Position numbers and translations under genes: made by a program
Shown here: positions 36,073-47,406 of the stretch, in pieces
Layout of the letters: each line of letters opens with the position of its first letter
How positions within the stretch are numbered: the stretch's first letter is position 1
NCBI RefSeq assembly: GCF_009914755.1
Contig: NC_060937.1
Direction: 5' to 3' (one strand)
Origin: the human T2T-CHM13v2.0 reference genome, Homo sapiens
DNA: 64,000 nucleotides
Notes under the pieces: model-generated
What the model saw: the letters and a program-made list of their open reading frames with translations, nothing else
Told to the model about the DNA's origin: nothing
Databases searched by the model: none

Positions 36073-37821
36073 AATACTTGGGACTATACCTAACCAAGAT
36101 GAAAGACCTCTACAAGGAAAACTACAAAACACTGCCAAAAGAAATTATAGGTGACATCAAAAAATGGAAACACATCCCATGTCCATGGATGGATATAATC
36201 AATATTGAAAAAATAACCATACTGCCAAAAACCATCAATAAATTCAATGAAATTTCCATCAAAATACCATCATCATTCTTCACAGAACTAAAAAAAAAAA
36301 ATCTTAAAAATCATACAGAACCAAAAAAGAGCCCACATAGCTAAAGCTAGACTAAGCAAAAACAACAAATCTGAAGGCATCACATTACCCAACTTCAAAC
36401 TATGCTACAAGGTTATAGTTACAAAAACAGCATGGTACTGGTATAAAAACAGGTATGTAGACCAAAGGAATAGAATAGAGAACCCAGAAATAAAGCCAAT
36501 TACTTACAGCCAACTGATCTTCTACAAGGCAAACAAAAATATAAAATGGGGAAGTGACACCCTATTCAACAAATGGTGCTGGGATAATTGGCAAGCCACA
36601 TGTAGAAGAATGAAACTAGATGATCATCTCTCACCTTATACAAAAATCAACTCAGGGTGCATCAAATACTTAAAACTAAGACCTGAAACCATAAAAATTC
36701 TAGAAGATGACACTGGAAAAATTCTTCTAGACATTGGCTTAGGCAGAGTTCATGACCAAGCATCTGAAAGCAAATGCAACAAAAACAGAGGTAAATAGAA
36801 GGGACTTAATTAAACTAAAAAGGTTCTGCACAGCAAAATAAATATTCAGTACAGTGAGCAGACAACCCACAGAGTGGGGAAAAATATTCACAAACTATGC
36901 ATTCAACAAAGGACCTAATATCCAGAATCTACAAGGAACTCAAACACATCAGCAAGAAAAAACAAATAATCCCATCAAAATGTGGGCTGAGGACATGAAT
37001 AGAAAATGCTCAAGATATATAAATGGCCAACAAACATGAAAAAATGCTCAACATCATTAAACATCAAGGAAATGCAAATCAAAACCACATTGAGATACCA
37101 CCTTACTCCTGCAAGAATGGCCATAATTAAAAAATAAAAAAACAATAGATGTTGGTGTGGATGTGGTGAAAAGGGAACACGTTTCCACTGCTGGTGGGAA
37201 TGTAAACTAGGACAACCACCATAGAAAACACTATAGCGATTCCTTAAATAACTAAAAGTAGAACTACCATTTGATCCAGCAATCCCACTACTGAGTATCT
37301 AACCAGAGGAAAAGAATTTAAAAAGACACTTGCACGCACATGTTTATAGAAGCACAATTCCCAATTGCAGAAATATAGAACCAGCCTAAATGCCTATCAG
37401 TTATCGAGTGGATAAAGAAAATGTGGTATATAGGTGTGCCATGGAATAGTACTTAGTCATAAAAAGATATGAAATAATGGCATTCATAGTAACCTGAATG
37501 AGATTGGAGACTATCATTGTAAGTGAAGTAGCTGAAGTCTGGAAACCAAATATCGTATGTTCTCATTCATAAGTGGGAGATAAGCCGTGAGGATGCAATG
37601 GCATAAGATTGACACAATGGACTTTTGGGACTCTAGGGGAAAGGGTGGAGGGGTGATAGATTAAAGACTAAACATTGGGTGCAGTGTACACTGCTTGGGT
37701 GATGGGTACACCAAAATCTCAGACATCAACACTAAAGAATTTATCCATTAACCAGACCCCACCCATTCCTCCAAAACTATTGAAATAATAATAAAAAATT
37801 TTTAAAAGATGGAAATTTCAG

Positions 37822-38580
37822 ATGTTAGTATGTATGTGAATTAATAAAGTAATTTTAAAGTTCATAAAGCAAAGATGCCATCCAATAGTGAGTGGAGGTC
37901 AGTGCCCATTGGACATCAGGAGATATTATAATCCTAGACTACTGTGCTGATACAAAACGCATCCATGGCATCAGCATGATAATCAGACGTGACTTACATT
38001 ATATGCAAGAATTTAAGACATTAGAAATGTAGCCTTTGAAATCAGTAGAGAACAGAATTGTTTTGAGAAAGTTATTATTTAGAATTTGAAAAAACCAAAA
38101 GTATAAATTTCAAATAACATCAAGACATCAATAGAAAAATAAAATTAGTATTATAAGAAAATATAACTTTTTACATTCTTGCAGTAAATTATTCCTTTTA
38201 CACATGACATGAAATGCAAATATTATGAAGTAAAAGATAGACAAATGTTCCTAACCAAAATGATCAAATCATTTTGTTAGCAATGTATTGATAAACGATG
38301 TTAAAAAAATAAGTGAAAGACTGGAAGAAAATGTTTACTATGTATATATAATAAAAATATACTATTCAGAATATACAAAGAGTTCATTCCAATAAGAAAG
38401 AACTTGCAAAACCCAATGAGAAAATGGGCAAAGAATATTAAGAGGAATTGCACAGAAGAAAAAGACAAATTGTGTATAAACAAATGAAAAGCTGCTTCAC
38501 CTGTCTAATGGCCAAAATGTCTATTAAAATATAAGATAGTATTCCCCCATCTCATGGATAAAATTAAAAAGTACATATCC
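37822..38580 (+). mobile_element. Ancient L1ME-like ORF2 fragment (continues ~22900-23240 on the other side of the L1PB pair)
   Basis: aacccaatgagaaaatgggcaaagaatattaagaggaattgcacagaagaa and other degenerate ORF2 3' motifs. Confidence 0.6.
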
Positions 38581-39048
38581 ATTACAGAAATTACCTGTAA
38601 TATCTATCACCTCACAAAACAATGGAAAGGTATTTATTTGTAGTGGAATTCTAAACAGATTCCCCAGATAAAAAATCAATAATGACCAAACTAATTGGAA
38701 GAGTGATAAATCTAACAAACCTTATTTTTTGATCAGTGAAGACTAATTTTTTATTTTAATTAAAGATTTTTTGATTTAGCCCTGGATAATAAAGCCAGTT
38801 AATATAGAGAATGTTCACTAGCATACATAAATTCAAATGAATTGTTAATTTAGAATGATTATTTAATATCAATAAAAATTGTCTAACCTTTTCAGGAAAA
38901 ACAATAGATATATATAACTTCAGGTAAGTTTAAGAGAAGGCGGACTGTATCCTGTTTATCATCTTGTTCCTGTTTTTATTCTGATTCAGCATACTGCATG
39001 AATTTTTTTAAAAAAGCTTCATGTGACTGTGGCCATTCCGCTCCTCTC

Positions 39049-41624
39049 TCAGGTAATATTTGATCGTTCTGTCAGAAACAGTTTTAAGGTTTGCAGAGTT
39101 GTATCTATATCAAGCAGTCTGATTAGAGGAGTTTGAACCTTTAGATCATGAAAGAGCTTACTCTGAAGTGTCATAGCTGGCATGGAGTCTATGCCTTATG
39201 ATGTGAGCAATGTGAACATCATAACGTCTTTTGAGGTTTCTATTCACGAAGACACTAGCCCAAGAAGTGGTGTACTCATCTGATGATATCCGAGATGAAG
39301 AATAAGTAAACCGAATCTTCCAGAAAACCGAATTCATCTTGGATTCTTTGGAGAAATGAATTCTAAGAGATGGAACTTGGGAAAGGTTTTCTGTATTTAC
39401 CTGAATTACATCTGACTATAGTTTGTTGAGAATTATTCAGAATTAAGCATGTTTAGAGATACTCATGGATTTTGGATATTTGAAAAGTATTTCTCTGATG
39501 GCTAAAACACTTGGAAGATGGTGTTTGTTTAGCAGTAATTCAAGAGTCAAGGCTCCCCAGTTAATTGATTGTACAGCAGAAACCCAGTTCCTGAGATAGT
39601 GGTAGAAGATGTTCAGGAAAGAGTTAGCAGCAGTATAAGTGGCTTGCACTTATACTATACTTGCACTTATATAAGAGGCTCTTATCATGTCAGAACAAAT
39701 CCTGGATTGAGATGATCCACATTTCTTATTGTTCTGTAGGTGAACACTGTCACACAACAATCAGCATTTTAGTCTTTTAGAGGCAAAATAAGTTGACGAA
39801 ATGCCTCATAGCACTTTGTTAGTTATTGAAGAAGTGTTCATGGGATGTCTTTATTTAGATTTTGAATTTCGTACATTAATAAAACATAATGGAAGTCCTT
39901 GATTTCAGTTTTCATCTTATCACATATTCTCATCTCAAAATCTCATTGTCCATTTCTGAAACCCAACATACTTGGAGTCATAAAGCAAAGAATTTTTAAG
40001 CTGTTGGGCTAATCTAATGTGTCAGCCAGAACAAGTAACAGAGCTACTTCACTGGGGTTCACAAGCATTTGAATCTGATATTTGTTTCTGCATGTTTTCA
40101 AGGAGGTTATCAGATTATATTTGTCTACTATACATGAACACAGTGTCTTCTAGCCTTGCTAAAATGGAACTATATTTGTTTCTAAAGAATCTACATACTT
40201 CAAAGTAGTTTTCTGTACATTTGATGGCCTTTATGTATACATTCACCTCCCCTTTCTGATTTTTGAAAACTCAATTTGTCTATCTCTGATGGAAAGCCAG
40301 CTTTTCCTCCAATCTTTCTGTCTCTTGTGTTCATGACAAATGCCATTTGCAAGAAACAATCTAACGGCACCAGATGGACATGATATTCATAGATGTCTCT
40401 CTGAAGATCTTCACTAACTTTGTTTTTCTGCTTTCCTTTAGCTTATTGTAAAATGAGAAGTCTTTTAACTGTTTTAAAATGGTACAATATTGGAAACCAA
40501 CATGAAAGAGTTATTCAGCAACCTCATCACTGGTCAAAATCAACTTGCACCTTTGAAAGATGCTCCCAAGAAAAATGTGTTGTTTCACTCAAAGATTTTT
40601 AAAAATGTTTTTAACTTCTTTCATTACATGAACTACTAATGAGAAAATATTATTTTAAATTTCCATTCTGTTCCTCCAGGTTCCAACTGCATCTTTAGAG
40701 ATGATCTAAAAACTTTTGACTCACCACACAGGGAGCTAAAAAAGCAACTCTTACCTGATATGTACTCAGAGGTGCTCTGGGTTTTAAACTGTCCATCACA
40801 CAAGCCAAACCAGACTCCACAAAACAGGAACCAGGAACCTAAGTAGTTCCATTGTTTTGTGCTCAAAAACACGGGGTGCTGTATCCCGAGTTCTGAAGCA
40901 ACTGAAATCTATGTTGTCACTTGTAATACTAATGAGAGGATGACTGGAGTAAGCTATTTTTTTTTCTGCAACTAACGACTCTTTACATAAGTCTTAAGAT
41001 TCTTGTGATCAAGTTGATACCTCAGGTAACCTGTTGTTTTCAAACCTTCATAAAAGCATGGCCAGTTAAGGTTGTGTCCATATCCAAATAGAGTTTGCAC
41101 CAAATCAAAAACAGTCTCATACTCTTTTTTTGGCTGTAGAAAAGAGAAAATGTAGGTTTCTTCACCTATGATTTACCTGATGTTTCTTTGGAGGGCTCTC
41201 TTAGGGGCTATTTCAACAAACATGACATTTTCCCTTCATTTGGCTGCAGTTGTGAGAGCCTGGATGAAACCAACTGGCTCTGGAATGTTCCTGTATCAAT
41301 ATTTACCAGTAGTCAAATCTTCACAAGCTGTTTTTCCTGTTGTTATTGAAATCAGCTCCATTTCTGGCTCCATCTTCCCCAAATTCCCAATGCTCTCTTT
41401 AATGTCTTTGCACACTGGATCCATCATATAATTGTGATTAGCAGCTGGAACTGACAGAATATATGAAAATATCCTGCTTTTCTCAAACTGCTGAGCCACC
41501 TCTTCATGACACTTGGCTATAGCTTCTCCCTCTCCTGACAGGGTACAGGAGCAAGGACTGTTAAAGGTGCCTTGCTCATTCTTTTGGAGGACACTAGAGC
41601 CTTTGAGATTTCTGTTCTGGGAAC
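39049..41624 (-). pseudogene. Relic of an animal iterative type I polyketide synthase (pks1/MuPKS-like): AT(C-half)-DH-KR structural subdomain//KR C-terminus-ACP; many stops and frameshifts
   Basis: Colinear motifs on the minus strand. AT: FNSPCSCTLSGE (41565-41530), VPAANHNYMMDPV (His 41434-36), RNIPEPVGFIQAL, MFVEIAPKRALQRNI. DH: EHK/NGTT*VPGSCFVESGLA (His 40859-61) and HVHLVPLDCFLQM (Asp 40359-61). KRs: CYEAFRQ...VDHLNPGFVL. KR: QATYTAANSFLNIF...QSINWGAL (Tyr 39635-37). ACP: GIDSMPAMTLQ (Ser 39184-86), PLIRLLD; stop at 39049. Confidence 0.9.
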
Positions 41625-42054
41625 CTAAAAAAGCTCTAAAATATAAAGTCCCTTATTAAAAAATAAAATATAAATCATAACTACATACAGTTAAATATAT
41701 TACATGCTTTAATACTATATCTGTTTCATAGCCACCTCCTGTTGCTATTGCAGTGAGCCCCAGTGTTGCAGGTATCCACTTAAAACACCGAGTGATGCTC
41801 ATCATCTCCACAGGAGCAGTTTGTCTCGCCGGTAAATCCTGTTTCACAGTGAAAAGTGATCTCTCATGGTATTTTTTAAAAATTATTTTTATATGTGCAT
41901 TTTATATATATATATATATATATGGTACATGAGATGTTATGCTCAAGGCATACAAAGCATAATAATCACATCAAGGTAAATAGTGTATACATCACCTCAA
42001 GCATGTATCACTTCTTTGTGTTACAAACACTCTATCTATACTTTTTTTAGTTTT

Positions 42055-42400
42055 AGGTTTGTTTTTTTATTAGACTGAGTTTCACTCTTGTTGCCCAGGC
42101 TGCAGTGCAATGACGCGATTGATCTCGGCTCACCGCAACCTCCGCCTCCCCGGGTTCAAGCAATTCTCCTGCCTCAGCCACCCGAGTAGCTGGGATTACA
42201 GGCATGTGCCACCACACCCAGCTAATTTTGTATTTTTAGTACAGACAGGGTTTCTCCATGTTGGTCAGGCTAGTCTTGAACTCCTGACCTCAGGTGATCT
42301 GCGCACCTCGGCCTCCCAAAGTGCTGGGATTACAGGCATGAGCCTAGGGTACAGAGCATGACCCTGTCTCAATAAAAAAAAGAAAAGAAAAAGAAAAAAT
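42055..42400. mobile_element. Minus-strand Alu fused directly to the 3' tail fragment of a plus-strand Alu
   Basis: ...ggcatgagcc|tagggtacagagcatgaccctgtctcaataaaaaaaag at ~42345. Confidence 0.8.
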
Positions 42401-42419
42401 CACCAATGCAATGCTAAAT

Positions 42420-44035
42420 CTAGTGGGTGAAATTTTGAGGCGTAACTAGACCTTTATAGAGCCACAAAGTATTGCCACACAAGGTATCAGTGAAATACAA
42501 AAGGTAAACTGTAACTTTACCATGGACAAACCTGACAGATACTCCTTAACCAAAGAAGCAAAGTCAACACTGGCCAGCAATGAAACCAAGTGACAGCCTC
42601 CAGATATGCTGCATAAGCCTCCAGATATGTTGTACTGGGAAGAAGTCAGCATCACCTGTGTGACATTCCTGCCTGAATGACATAACCTGAATCTAATAAT
42701 GAGGAAACATCATATGAACACAAACTGAGAAAAAAATCCATAAAATAATTGACCCATACTCTTCAAAAACGTGAATGTTATGAAAAATCAAAGAAAGGCT
42801 CAAAAACAGTCCCAGATTAAAGGAGAACAAAGAAAGAGGACAATTGGACCCAATACATCATGGAATGTGAAAATCCCCCATCTTGGATTTTCTTTGGCTA
42901 TAAAGGATATTATGGGGGAAATTGGCAAAATCTTAGTAAGGTCTGTCAATTAGATGTTAATATTGAATCAGTTTCAATTTCCTGATTTTGATAACGATAA
43001 TCATAGTTATGTAAGAAAATTTCTTTTTAGGAAATAGTAAAGTATTTAGAAATAAAGAGGCATCATGTCTGTGACTAACAAATGGTTCAGGAAGAGAAAT
43101 ATATATTGTGTACCTAAATTTATATTTATTTAGAAAGAGAAGAAGAAAAGTGGGTGAAGAAGTAAAGCAAATGCAGTAAAATGTTAACATTTGAGGAATG
43201 AGACACAAAGATTCTTTGTACTATTTTTAAAATTTTTCCTTAAGTCTGAAATTGTCAAAACATATCTAAGAAGAAAAACAAATTTTTTAAAATATCAACA
43301 AATTATATCCCATTGTATGAAATAAACCATGCATCCATGTTGATCTAAGTAAATGAATAAATTGAAGATTTTATGAGGAACAGAGATATTTACATAGTCT
43401 TAAATTACCTCCCCACAATATATGAATTAATTACAAGATGAAAAAGTAACACTGCAGAAAAGAAATCCAGCAGATACCATCATTAATTGTCAATGCTAAT
43501 ATCACCAGTAATAAGACAAATCAAAATTATAGGTTATATGGTAGGATGCAATGAGAAGATCCCAGGATCACCTCTGAGATACTCTTGCTGAAAATAACAC
43601 AATCTAAATCTAATCATAATGAAACATCAGGAAAAAACAACTGAGAGACATTCTATACTCTGAACTTTACTCTTCAAAAGATTCAAAGCCATGAAGTCAA
43701 GGAAACCTGAGGAACTGCTCCAGACTGAAGGAGTGTAAGAGACACAACATCTACATGCAACCCATGGCTCTGAATGGGATCTGTCTGCTATAAAGGACAT
43801 GACAGACAATTAATAAAAGCTCAAAAGAAGCTGAAGATTGAATGACATGATGTATTAAAGTTAACTTACTGATTATCAAGGTTGTTATGTAGAGTGTCCT
43901 GACTTGTGGGAATACCTACTAAAGCAATCAGGAGTGCTGGCCTAATGTCAGCAATTTACTCTCACATGGTTCAGGGGGGAAATTATTTGTAATACAACTT
44001 GGAACTTTTCTATAATTTTAAGAGTGTTTCCAAAA
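42420..44035 (+). mobile_element. Old L1MC/L1ME 3'UTR fragments
   Basis: aacctgaatctaataatgaggaaacatca and related motifs in two diverged copies. Confidence 0.6.
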
Positions 44036-44379
44036 GGTTCACAAATAAAAATAAAAATAAAAATAAATAAATAGAAAAGGTGAAAAGCCTAAGGCAACTC
44101 ATATATTTCCAGAAGAAAAGATCTACATATATCAGTGCTTAAAATTAAGATTACGTAAGTTCGACAGCACTGTAACAGTTGACATACATCCAAACATTGA
44201 CAATGACCACAGTATCAATATGTCAAAAGGATGTCTGTCTAAATCAAAATCTATCACTATAGAAAAATTATAAAATAAGAATAAACCATCTAACTCCACT
44301 GAAGTATTAATGACAACTTAGCTGTTTGGCTGTTTAACCAGCTGGCATTTTGAAAGTTTGAGTATGTAAAACTCAATAA

Positions 44380-44709
<330 letters not shown>

Positions 44710-44909
44710 AATAATACTAGTTTACATTTGTAAGATCCATTTGAGAGTTACTCAAGAGGACCAAGAATCATTACTTTACATACTATATAAGTTTTCATCA
44801 GACAGGCATGATACAAAAATACTTTCCTTTAATAAAGATTTTCACGTCATATACATAATGGGAAGCAAAATGTCAGGTAAACAGACCAATAATTACATTC
44901 TACTGTCTT

Positions 44910-45043
44910 TCAGATCATATATTTCTGGTTAAAATCAATACATATTTCTTAATATTTCCAAACTATATCTTAATTTATATTTGACTCATCACTAGTTCCT
45001 AGATGAGGAACTACATACGATCCCAATTCAAATTCAGCAGCAT
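44910..45043 (-). pseudogene. ANKRD26P3: ANKRD26 pseudogene, terminal coding exon with two premature stops
   Basis: ttttccag| then DAAEFELGSYVVPHLGTSDESNIN*DIVWKY*EICIDFNQKYMI*, versus ANKRD26 C-terminus AAAELESGSIASPLGSTDESNLNQDLVWKASREYVQVLKKNYMI*. The P3 symbol is inferred from locus context. Confidence 0.85.
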
Positions 45044-45259
45044 CTGGAAAAAAAAAAAAGAAAGAATTACTTATCTCAAATATTCCATAGTTAACTAAGT
45101 GTAAGTCAGTAACATGAGTTGAGAACTTCATCAGTGTTCATAAGAATAAAAAATACGTATGCAATATTACAATACAAAATTACTGTGAAATATAATTTGG
45201 TCATAGTCACAGATTGAATTACCATTGTGGTTAAGTATCAGAGCTCCTGGTTTTCTCAT

Positions 45260-45790
45260 TTTTCATTCATTTATTCAACAACCATATGTTCAGGAACTAG
45301 GACAAGCACAGAAATTACAAGACGAAGATGATACAGTCCACCCCTCAACATTGCATGCTACAACCTGAAAAGCAAGCAGACACGCAGGCAATTTCCACAG
45401 ACAGTCACAGACACTATGGCAGGTATTAAACAGGGCACTGTTGGAACACACAGAAGAGACATGTTTCTCAGTTTCATGTCAATATTGTAGGCTGTTTGCT
45501 GGAGACAATATGTAGGTTAGTATCTGAAGGACAAGAGAGAAGAATGGCTGATGGAGGGAAGAACACGTGCAGAGAGCTGGAGCCGAGGAAGGTCCCTGTG
45601 TTCTGCATAGCTGACTTTGGCGAGATGATAGAGCAAAGGGACAGAGTATGGCAAGTGATGAGAGATGAGGCAGAATAACTTGACAGGAGCCAAACTGATT
45701 TGGGTGTTTTTACTCCATGCTAGGAATCTGGAACCTTTCCTGAGAGCAAAAGTAAACCAATGACAAAGTAAATGACTGGAGATTTAAAAT
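45260..45790 (+). mobile_element. L2-like remnant
   Basis: ttcattcatttattcaaca start and gagatgaggcaga...actggagattt motifs typical of L2 3' ends. Confidence 0.45.
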
Positions 45791-46235
45791 GTCACCTGTC
45801 ACGTAGCTGCCTTTGAACTGGAGTAGCCTGAGTGTTACTAGATGAGCCTGGAGTCTGTCTCTTGGCCTTAAATCACCACCATAAACCTGGGAAGTCGATG
45901 ATGCCTTTGTTTTCTGAGAACAGTTTCAGTGTGCTGGCTGGCAGGTCCATAGGGACGGTAGAAGTGAAGAAAGTGTAGAGCCAGAGGAAAAAGGATACAC
46001 AGACTTCTTGAGATTTCTCTGAAGCTAAGGTACATGATGAATTAATGACGAGTTAAGTATACTTTTCATTATAAATGTTAATGCTTTCACATCTTCCATT
46101 AGTGGTGTGTATGAAAAAATATTTAACATATTACCTGTTAACCAAATTATGGAAAGGGATGCTTGCTATTTGCTATTCATAGTTTGTTTCAGAAATCAAT
46201 GAATTAAATTTAGTTCATAAACTTTGGCAACATAC

Positions 46236-46281
46236 CTTTTAGTAGCTCTCTAGCTATACTGTCTTGAAACTCCTGCGGCAT
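46236..46281 (-). pseudogene. ANKRD26P3: ANKRD26 pseudogene penultimate exon (46 bp)
   Basis: atttcag|ATGCCGCAGGAG...CTAAAAG|gtatg gives MPQEFQDSIARELLK versus ANKRD26 MQQELEKNITRELKE; phase fits the terminal exon. Confidence 0.82.
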
Positions 46282-46569
46282 CTGAAATATGTCAAATATA
46301 ATTTATAATGTTTAAGTTAAACAGGAAACATTATTATGAGAATGATACATCACTTATAAAAATGTAGCCTTTTATATAATAATTTCAAAGGCTAGATCTA
46401 ACTTGAGAATTGCTTAAACAATAACCATATAAATAAAATTCCTACTTATTTTAAGTTTAGATAACAGAGAACATATATGTGTTGTGCTGTTTAGATTAAT
46501 ACTAACAGCATTGATAAAAACTACAATTAATATTGATATATTAAAAATAACAACTATATCATGGTGATA

Positions 46570-47406
46570 AGAACTAAGCTCTGATTTTTATCTTATCCAA
46601 ACTCCTACCTAGGAGTCTGGGGAGTCATGCCCCAGAAACCATAAATTCTCATCAGATGGGTTTTATTTAACTCTATATATTGTGACTTTCTTTTCAATCT
46701 GACTCTGGCATAACATTATGAGACAAGGAAAAAAAATTAACCCCAAAATATATTTCCTTGCCATACCTTGAAATTGCCCTGCAAAATCTCTTATGGGAAA
46801 AATCCAAATTCTATAGAGAATCCCCTGGCCCCTTTCCCTCCCTCCCTCCCTCCCTCCCTTCCTTCCTTCCTTCCTTCCTTTCTTCCTTCCTTCCCTCCCA
46901 GATCCAGGAGATAATCGACTGATAGCCAGGCACCCTTTTAAGTCCAATAAAAACAATTTACAACCTGCTGGCTCTAAAGTGTGCTATCAAAGTGCTTCCT
47001 CTGCTCAATAAAACTTGGTCTCCACAATCCTGGTTATCTTTAGATTATCTGTCTAGGCTATCCACAATCTAGGTTATCTTTAAGATGAACATTCCTTTCT
47101 ATTGATCCCAGGTCTTTAGACAAACTCAACCAATTGTCCACTAGAAACGTTTAAATTTACCTATAGCCTGGAAGCCCCCGCTTTCAGTTTTCCTGCCTTC
47201 CGAAGCCAAACCCATGTATTTCTTAAATGTATTTGATTGATGTTTCATGCCTTCCTAAGATATATAAAACCAAGCTGTACCCCAACCACCTCAGGCACAT
47301 GTTCTCAGAATCTCCTGAGGGCTGTGTCACGGGCCACGGTCACTCATATTTGGCTCAGAATAAATCTCTTCAAATATTTTACAGAGTTTGACTCTTTTCA
47401 CCCACA
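46570..47406 (+). mobile_element. ERV1 solo LTR, MER4 group, with an internal (CCTT)n/(CCCT)n tract
   Basis: TATA-like tatataaaaccaagctgtacc, aataaatctcttcaaatattttacagagtttgactcttttc..ca end, and MER4-type ggagtcatgccc...cataaattctcatcagatggg. Confidence 0.8.

Larger units (their letters stand above)
23241..37803 (+). mobile_element. Full-length L1PB (L1PB2-like) outer element, split by an inner L1PB; outer parts 23241-25036 and 32863-37803
   Basis: Exact 18-bp TSD AAAAGATGGAAATTTCAG at 23223-23240 and 37804-37821; 5'UTR, decayed ORF1/ORF2 and L1PB 3' end. Confidence 0.9.

Noticed and set aside
39049-41624. FASN processed pseudogene or microbial contamination
   Set aside because: There is no thioesterase after the ACP, the DNA is AT-rich unlike GC-rich FASN, motifs (GIDSM, SINWGAL, EHKxNG) fit the vertebrate PKS clade better, and the segment is heavily decayed and embedded among primate repeats.
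41730-41870. Possible KS/AT or Sushi-like fragment (PVEMMSIT, YLQHWG, ITFHCETGF in different frames)
   Set aside because: The motifs are short, lie in inconsistent frames and cannot be distinguished from chance by eye.
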